Below, in pieces: positions 61,806 to 64,000 of a stretch of 64,000 bases of DNA (position 1 is its first letter; each line of letters starts with the position of its first letter). This stretch comes from Candidatus Poribacteria bacterium (GTDB taxonomy: Bacteria > Poribacteria > WGA-4E > UBA9662), in assembly GCA_036339735.1 (NCBI GenBank), contig JAYZAL010000088.1, positions 109,676 to 173,675 of the forward strand. Reading direction: 5' to 3'. A program made the translations under genes and the position numbers. Under the pieces are notes generated by a model. That model saw only the letters and a program-made list of their open reading frames with translations, searched no databases and was not told the DNA's origin.

Positions 61806-63140
61806 ATGACGATGGACAGACGAGATCTCCTAAAATGTGCACCTGTAGGATTAGGGGCTGTATCCAACGTCAGGACTCTCTCTGCTCAGCAAGATACTGC
61901 ACAATTCAACTGGGCAGGTAATGTTCGCTATGGGACGAACCGTTTGCTGAATATCGAAAGCGTCGATCAACTTCAGGAGTTCATACAGAAGCAGAATGGC
62001 CTGAAGGCATTGGGCTCACGTCATTGTTTCAGCCTCATTTCAGATAATGTCCACCAGTTAATTTCACTTCGCTCGATGAATCGTATGCTCGACATTGATG
62101 CGACGGAGAAAACCGTATCGGTCGAAGCAGGCATCACATATAGCAAACTCGGACCGGAACTCGATCGCCAGGGCTACGCGTTGCACAACCTGGCATCGCT
62201 ACCGCATATCTCGGTTGCTGGATCTATCGCTACGGCCACGCATGGCTCCGGCAGCAAGAACGGGAATCTTGCCTCTGCAGTTGCGGAAATTGAATTGGTG
62301 ACGGCAGATGGAGAGTTACGCACACTTTCCCGGAAAAAAGATGCGGACGGATTTTTAGGTGCTATCGTTCACCTTGGTGCGCTCGGAATCGTAACGCGAG
62401 TGAAGCTTGATATTCAGCCAACTTTTCGCATTAGCGAATACTGGTATCACGGCATGAAGAAGGAAAGCCTTTATGAGAACTTTTCCCAGATCATGAGTAG
62501 TGCTTACAGTGTTAGTGTATTCTCGGATTTCAAGCGAGGGTTCACCAGCGAACATTGGCCAAGTATCCGACTCAAAGTTCACGAGGAAGCCGGATTCGAA
62601 GCCAAGCCTGAACTGTTCGGTGCTCGTTTGGCTAGTACTACCAGTAAGAAAGCTGATCAATCCACACGCAACACTTCAGGACCGTGGTGGGAACGACTTC
62701 CGCACTTCACTATAGATGACGTAGCTGCAAAGGGTAACGAACTGCAAACGGAATACTTCGTTGCGATCGAACACGCGACGGACGCAATCAAAGCTGTGGC
62801 GACACTCGCTGACCGCATCCAACCGCTGCTATACGCCTCCGAACTACGAACAGTCGCCGCCGACAAGTTGTGGATGAGCACGTGCTACGAGCAACTGAGT
62901 TTGGCAATTCACTTTACTTGGAAATCAGACAAAGAGGCGGTGTGCAATCTGTTGCCTGAAATCGAAAAACGGCTGGCGCCATTCGAGCCTCGTCCGCACT
63001 GGGGGAAGCTGTTTTTTATGGGTTCGAAAACGCTTGAAACTCGGTATGATCGGCTTGCTGACTTTAGGCAACTGGTAGGTCGATACGATCCAGAATCCAA
63101 GTTTCGCAATTCGTTCTTGCGAAACAAGATTGGTATCTGA
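61806..63140 (+). CDS. FAD-linked oxidase, alditol/xylitol oxidase (AldO)-like, with Tat-like leader
   Basis: 'NWAGN', 'LGSRHCF' (covalent-FAD His position), 'ALHNLASLPHISVAG.IATATHGSG', 'ELQTEY', 'RPHWGK'; leader 'MDRRDLLK'. Confidence 0.88.
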   Translation: MTMDRRDLLKCAPVGLGAVSNVRTLSAQQDTAQFNWAGNVRYGTNRLLNIESVDQLQEFIQKQNGLKALGSRHCFSLISDNVHQLISLRSMNRMLDIDATEKTVSVEAGITYSKLGPELDRQGYALHNLASLPHISVAGSIATATHGSGSKNGNLASAVAEIELVTADGELRTLSRKKDADGFLGAIVHLGALGIVTRVKLDIQPTFRISEYWYHGMKKESLYENFSQIMSSAYSVSVFSDFKRGFTSEHWPSIRLKVHEEAGFEAKPELFGARLASTTSKKADQSTRNTSGPWWERLPHFTIDDVAAKGNELQTEYFVAIEHATDAIKAVATLADRIQPLLYASELRTVAADKLWMSTCYEQLSLAIHFTWKSDKEAVCNLLPEIEKRLAPFEPRPHWGKLFFMGSKTLETRYDRLADFRQLVGRYDPESKFRNSFLRNKIGI

Positions 63141-63736
63141 GCAACAGACTCTATGACGGATCTTTACCGTCGTTAATTCCTCGAGTGGTACGATCAGCTA
63201 AGAAAGGCAAAGCTCAACGGCTGGATATCTACCGGAATTCATACAGACAACCTGAGAAACCATAAAAGTACAACATACGATGCACTTTACAGTTAATTAT
63301 TAGTATCGCAATTATGAATGCCAAAAAATTCCATTTAATTTAAATCACAATTTAATAGCTACGGTTTTCTGGTTTTTGGCCATTTTTTGGCAAAACTTTG
63401 ACACCTAGAATGGAAACTTGTTTCCGCCAAATACGCAATTAATTTCGCATTTCAACCTTAGCTAAAATTAGCAGAGGTTAGCCAATCCGAAGCAGAATAC
63501 CTATTGCGTATCGGGCAAGGTATCAACCTCACCGGAAACATTTCCAGTGAAAGCCTAACTGTAATTATTTTATTTATAGTTTGATAGACTCAAACTCCTA
63601 CTATATTATTAGGAGTTATATAAATCTCTATTATTCTAATCAATGGTTTCAAAGAACTATGAATTCTAAAATACGATCATGCCTGTCAGGAATGATGCTC
63701 ATCAATTAGGTTTAAAAAAATCAAAAAATTATCACT

Positions 63737-64000
63737 TCAGGTACTCTTTGAGAAATCAGGAACATCTACCGGGACACCCCCCCGCTCACGCGAGATTTCT
63801 GAAACCAAGCCGGGAGCAGTCATATTTAGAGCATCAACGATATCTATTGGTGGTCGGCGATCTTCAATAATACAGCGCGAAAAATCTTCGATCATCAATG
63901 GTGTGCCTCCATTGTAGCTATCATCTACTGACTCCTTTGGTACTTGCTTCCATGCATCAGGAAGATAATCCTTAAACTCCCAAAGATCTTGCCATGTTCC
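63737..64000 (-). CDS. C-terminal part of a Gfo/Idh/MocA-like oxidoreductase (runs off the window; not in ORF track)
   Basis: Open minus frame from 64000: ...GGTPLMIEDFSRCIIEDRRPPIDIVDALNMTAPGLVSEISRERGGVPVDVPDFSKST*. Confidence 0.75.
   Translation of the reverse strand, partial: GTWQDLWEFKDYLPDAWKQVPKESVDDSYNGGTPLMIEDFSRCIIEDRRPPIDIVDALNMTAPGLVSEISRERGGVPVDVPDFSKST

Noticed and set aside
63360-63545. IS91-like transposase relic ('YLARY...VLPK' on the minus strand)
   Set aside because: Only two short words interrupted by stops; no ends or further motifs found.
63679-63870. 63-aa plus-strand ORF
   Set aside because: Overlaps antisense the better-supported minus-strand oxidoreductase C-terminus (63737-64000).
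1-64000. CRISPR array, tRNA/rRNA, reverse transcriptase or DGR template/variable repeats
   Set aside because: No regularly spaced direct repeats, cloverleafs or RT motifs were seen by eye. Differences between the repeat copies are not adenine-specific. tRNAscan/Infernal runs are needed to be certain.

Overview
AT-rich bacterial chromosomal window with about 45 intact CDS and unusually long intergenic gaps. I saw no rRNA, tRNA, CRISPR array or intact transposase. Gene content is dominated by catabolic and scavenging enzymes: 2 sulfatases, 3 PhyH-type dioxygenases, 2 nitrilase-family hydrolases, pectate-lyase and beta-helix proteins, GH31, a SASA esterase and Gfo/Idh/MocA oxidoreductases. Secreted LamG/discoidin proteins with 'KLxxxWxxIK' tails and a dockerin-like + 'NYPNPFNPETWIP' C-terminus suggest Candidatus Poribacteria (inference, not verified). 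Most notable observations: (1) a shared ~19-aa C-terminal motif on four signal-peptide proteins from three unrelated families, a candidate sorting signal; (2) a divergent alternative sigma-70 / SSB pair sharing two CGACA-N5-TGTCG palindromes resembling DriD/WYL operators; (3) a diverged ~330-bp dispersed repeat with a conserved hairpin; (4) a sigma54-type promoter plus upstream palindrome in front of a NitT/TauT ABC transporter; (5) an unannotated decayed metallophosphoesterase pseudogene; (6) a higher-GC alditol-oxidase-like gene next to a strongly G-depleted segment. All family calls come from motif recognition by eye, not database searches.
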